A stretch of 41,583 nt of DNA from positions 7,769,278-7,810,860 of the forward strand of contig NC_068989.1 of NCBI RefSeq assembly GCF_001194135.2. Direction: 5' to 3'. The notes beneath the pieces are model-generated. The model saw only the letters and a list, made by a program, of their open reading frames with translations, searched no databases and was not told the origin of the DNA. A program made the position numbers and the translations under genes. Numbering within the stretch: the first letter of the stretch is position 1; every line of letters starts with the position of its first letter. Positions 37,080-41,583 of the stretch are shown here, piece by piece. The stretch comes from Octopus bimaculoides. Lineage: Eukaryota.

Positions 37080-38176
37080 CGGGGTGTTACATCATACCTG
37101 AGTAATTCGCTCCTCAGGTGCATAAACAACTCATAATCGTGTTGCGCTGAGCGAAAGAAGACGGTCATAGGTTGTCTATACATCAGGAGCATGAGTTAAG
37201 CATATATGACATCACATCACGAAAAGATGCATAGTACAGTATACTCTGCCAAATTTACATTGAGTACTCTCGTCCCTTATACATGACAATCACAAATATA
37301 CGCCATGTACACACACATATACACACGCATACGTGTGTGTGCATATGTGTGCATAACAAAGAATGTTTTACGAAATTTATCATAGTTGAAAGACAAATCT
37401 CACTTTTTTCATGAGATTACGCTACCGGTTTCAATAGATTAAAACGGCGATTTGGTCATGCTGAAATAAATTGAAATTTATTAATCTCTCATAATATCAG
37501 TCACGAGGTTCGCATGTTTTTCTTATAAAAATCACATTGTGCTAGTGGTAACGCATTTCATTCTCAAGTTGTTGAAGTTCTCGATACATTTCCATTGCCT
37601 TCTTTTTCTCTTCTTGTTTTTTTTTTTTTGTTAAATACAGATTTACTCAGGTGAAACTTCTCATCCGCTTTAATATATATATATATATANNNNNNNNNNN
37701 NNNNNNNNNNNNNNNNNNNNNNNNNNNNNNNNNNNNNNNNNNNNNNNNNNNNNNNNNNNNNNNNNNNNNNNNNNNNNNNNNNNNNNNNNNNNNNNNNNNN
37801 NNNNNNNNNNNNNNNNNNNNNNNNNNNNNNNNNNNNNNNNNNNNNNNNNNNNNNNNNNNNNNNNNNNNNNNNTATATATATATACATATACATATACATA
37901 CATACATATATATATATATGTATATATATGTATGTATGTATTAATGTATGTTTTTATGTTATAATAAAACTAGTTTACATTAAATAAAAAGGATTACTCA
38001 ATACATTTGATAGAGTGCAAATTCGTTATTCTTTAACAAAAATAGTATTAACAGTGACTTCGGAGTTTCGGCGAGCTAAGCCATCATTGGACTATAGTAC
38101 ATTTGATGATGGCTTAGTTAGCTCCATCTCAGAGTAAACTGTACATGTAAGCATACTTGCATTTGCCTACAATATC

Positions 38177-38209
<33 letters not shown>

Positions 38210-38799
38210 TGTATCAGCGTATACGCTAATGAGACTTAGCACACACACACGAATAATTTTTCATTTACTCTTTTACAATACTGCTCAAAAGTCACTCGTT
38301 CTTGAAGTTAAGTATTTATAAGAGAATTCCTGCATTTATTCGCCAGTGGAATAATGTAACTAAATAATAACAAAATATTATAAACACATCGCAATATCTA
38401 TTCGTTTTATTCCCCAGAAACTCTCAACTTCCGAAAAATTGTAGTCACACACCTATATATATATAATGTATGTGTGTATGTGTGCATATATATAGATATC
38501 GATATATATATGCATGTGCATGTATATAGGTAAGTGTATGTATATAGACGTGTGTGTTTGTGCGTATATATTTGATTACGTATGCTTTTAACTCTCTTGT
38601 GTAACAAACACGACATCGGTGTTACATATTACGTCATGATCGGCGTGTCTTATCAATACAAACAAGAATTTTTACTGTACTAGAATATTCTTATTGTACA
38701 GATTGAATTTCTCGAATGTTCCTAAATCAAATTAAACAAGAGCAAAATGATTATAAACGTGTTGGAGCGTTCATATATAATTGGTGACATACACCGTAT

Positions 38800-39180
38800 T
38801 ACGCGTGATCACCGTTTTGTGGTCCCGTCTTTTTTTATCCCTAATGGTTAAGGTCTGCAGGAAAGGGACATGTCTATAGTCTTCACGTGCCTTCTGAGAC
38901 CGGTAGCATTGACAAGGTTGATGGCGGTTTTGAAACATGTGGAAGGTGGAGTTTGAAGGAGAAGGAATTCCAGACTATTCCGGTTCGGAGGAAGTGGAAC
39001 TGTAATGAAGCAGTAAGTGCGACCGTGGGAATTGTTCAGAATATGAAGTAGTTGTATGCTGTCAACTTAATGTGACAGTCCCCTGAAGGGAATAATACTA
39101 CTGTTGGTTAAACCTAGGAAGCTGCACTGCTTCCTGTCGGCCTTGACACATTTCCCGTGTCCTTATGTTTATAAGGAGGA
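38800..39180 (-). mobile_element. Possible CR1/L2-group LINE 3' remnant
   Basis: Minus-strand fragments FLRTGIVWNS and TCFKTAINLV resemble the FF.RT..LWN.LP...FK C-terminal motif. Heavily frameshifted. Confidence 0.35.
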
Positions 39181-39385
39181 GTATTGCTGTCATTATTTCT
39201 AAATTTAAACACTGAAAAATGGTATGGCATCATTTCTAAAAGTAGCCAAGAAACTACTACTTCTATCTACAGGAATGTATATAAAGGACAAAATTTAACC
39301 AGTCGACCACAGTTGAAACCAATGTTCACAACTGTCACCACTAATGAAGCTGAAGATTGCATAAATGCAAGAAAGTATACTAGTT

Positions 39386-39448
39386 CAATAAGAATGGACA
39401 TTTAATATTTCATTTGTCCAATAAGAATGGACATTTAATATTTCATTT
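39386..39448. repeat. Tandem duplication with 33-bp period
   Basis: CAATAAGAATGGACATTTAATATTTCATTT is identical at 39386 and 39419. Confidence 0.9.
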
Positions 39449-40259
39449 CATTTCTTTTTACTATATTATTTTATATCTTATATAAATATTAGAAGATTAT
39501 AAATAAAATGTGAAAAACAGAGTTGGAATTCCTTTGAGTAATATATTCTGCTATACACAATCATACAAACCCCTTTGTATATATATATATATATTAGGGT
39601 TATGACTCATTCACAAACTAATAGCTCTATACTGTAATTCGATGAATAATTTTATGGAAGGCGGGAAACTAACATTTATTTTGCTTTATTTGGAAAAAAA
39701 CGTCACCCCAAACATAAGAAATCAATCATCACTTTTGACCTAAATCATGCAAAATTCTAGGAGGATTCATGTCACCTGCTCAAGTTTTTGCCAAACTTGT
39801 TGTGCTGACTCAATGCAATACAGAAGTAGCATATCTGAAATTCCAGCTTTCTAGTTGAAGTAGTTTCGGAGTTACGGGCTTTTAAAACTATAATCACGAG
39901 ATTCACACTTCAGTATTTCCGCTGCTTCAATCCTCGTAAATGTAAGAGAGATGTGGAATAAAAGTGCATTTATACATTTTTAAGATTACTGAATTGAAAT
40001 TGCTCTATGCAAAGGTTCAAAACTAGGCTATTTTAAGATAAAGGCCACTGCAAGCATTCGATAACATACAAAATTAAAAACAATACATATTTGTAACTTT
40101 ATAGGTTTAATTCCAATTTCAAATAACTGTATAAGAAAAAGGGTGCTTAAAGTTAGCAAATTTTAAACAACAAAGTATTGATATGTTTTGCCAAATAAAA
40201 TAAAACGAACAGAAATATGGAGTTCAGGAACTCTTTCAACTCTTTGAATGCACTTTAAG

Positions 40260-40418
40260 CATTGATGACGGGTGGGCATCCACTTCACTCATGATCATCA
40301 AGGCTCAGGTCTCCACTGCGAAATTGTTTAAACCATTTTCAAGCTGACCACTCACTGGTCATTTCCTCACCAAACGTTTCGTTGATGTCACGAGCAGTTT
40401 CAGCTGCTTTACGTCTTT
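40260..40418 (-). mobile_element. Mariner transposase N-terminal helix-turn-helix fragment, decayed
   Basis: RKAAETARDINETFGEEMTSEWSA*KWFKQFRSGDLSLDDHE*SGCP matches the mariner N-terminus (AaetaRnIn..fG....sertv.rWFkkFrsGd.sleD..RSGRP). Confidence 0.9.
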
Positions 40419-40495
40419 ATATATATATATATATATNNNNNNNNNNNNNNNNNNNNNNNNNNNNNNNNNNNNNNNNNNNNNNGTGTGTGTGTGTG

Positions 40496-40691
40496 TTTAT
40501 ATTATTAATGAATTCATAAAATTATCAATAATATAACAGGAAATCAATATTTAATATTTAAATTTCGAAAGATATATATCCAATATGACATGGTAGTATA
40601 ATAATGGATATATATCTTTCGAAATTTAAATATTAAATATTGATTTCCTGCTATATTATTGATAATTTTATGAATTTATTAATAATATAAA
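40496..40691. repeat. Near-perfect inverted repeat: 87-bp arms, 22-nt spacer
   Basis: 40496-40582 versus the reverse complement of 40605-40691 shows only 2 differences. Confidence 0.95.
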
Positions 40692-40792
40692 AACACATTT
40701 ATATATATATATTTATTTGCTCAAAATAATAGAGCACTTAATATAAGTTGTTACATAGAATATTCCTTATAAAAGTTATATATATATATGTA

Positions 40793-40940
40793 TACGACGG
40801 GCTTCTTTCAGTTTCCGTCTACCGAATCTACTCACAAGGCTATGATCGGCCCTTGGCAAAAGTAGAAAACGCCCACGGTGCTACGCAGTGGGACTGAATC
40901 CGGAACCATGTAGTTGGGAATCAAACTTCTTACCACACAG
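40793..40940 (-). mobile_element. tRNA-derived SINE, family B (head and central domain)
   Basis: Reverse complement: CTGTGTGGTAAGAAG (A box) ... GGTTCCGGATTCAGTCCC (B box) ... GTAGACGGAAACTGAAAGAAGCCCGTCGTATA. Confidence 0.85.
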
Positions 40941-41583
40941 ATACGATTGCACCTATGTGTGTGTGTGTGTGTGTGTGTGTGCATATTTATATATACATAT
41001 ATATATGGCGTATGAGCAAACGCATGCATGCTCACACGCACGCGCGCGTACACGTGCTACACATACACACATTCACAACTATATAGGCATGTATGTGTAT
41101 GCTTACCAATATACATACGTGTTTGCGTGTGCGCATATGTATAAATTTTCTTGCAAGCTTCGCTCTCAGTATCCGTGCACGTCTGTGCGTGTCTGTGCGT
41201 GTGTATTATTTTGTGTAGGTTTAACCAAAGTACACGTTAGAAGAATACACCGTTCTGTCACTCCTGTAAGATGTCTGAAGACTTGCAATAAATCTGCAAC
41301 CTCGCCAAGGAATCACGCCAATATTTTGTTAAGGAGTTCTCAAACTGGCGCCAGAACTATATCGTTACCCCAAACAGCCTGATGGCATCGATACCATCTC
41401 CAGCCGCTCACCAGTATCCTTCATTACACGCTGTTTATCTTCCATGCCATTCCTTCGTGAATACATACATACATACGTATATGTAATTGTATATGAGTAT
41501 ATGTATGAAAAAATATATATAGATCCATACATATACATACATATATACATATATACACATACATACATTCGGATATATATATA

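Noticed and set aside
39596-40255. Segment resembling a non-autonomous DNA transposon interior
   Set aside because: No terminal inverted repeats or target duplication could be identified.
31830-40418. The two mariner fragments as halves of one element
   Set aside because: They are on opposite strands and 8 kb apart, so separate insertions are simpler.
41219-41460. Unique island with an acceptor-like TTTTGTGTAG and a 54-codon plus frame
   Set aside because: No recognisable protein similarity on either strand.

Overview
A eukaryotic, AT-rich, microsatellite-saturated window with many N gaps. It is almost certainly non-coding (intronic or intergenic) DNA from a fragmented cephalopod-type assembly. 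Octopus is inferred from recalled SINE families and repeat density and was not checked by search. No intact protein-coding gene can be supported, and nearly all ORFs in the track are translations of microsatellites or N runs. Identifiable content is decayed mobile DNA: L1/Tx1, R4-like and RTE LINE fragments, two mariner transposase fragments, about ten tRNA-derived SINE copies, Tc1- and hAT-type MITEs, and probable Helitron pieces. The main unexpected signal is a set of minimal type-I hammerhead ribozyme (HHR) motifs with palindromic stem III. One at 27142-27187 (-) has a fully canonical core. It lies in a ~300-nt unit with a nearby circularly permuted, inverted partial copy (27636-27793), which fits a non-LTR retrozyme or Penelope-derived circular-RNA element. 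Decayed or partial HHRs of other sequence families occur at ~6.3, 22.3, 29.7 and 33.9 kb. Also notable are a near-perfect 87-bp hairpin (40496-40691), a closely spaced inverted SINE pair, and a compact Pol II promoter-like motif cluster at ~21.5 kb. All alignments and folds were done by eye.
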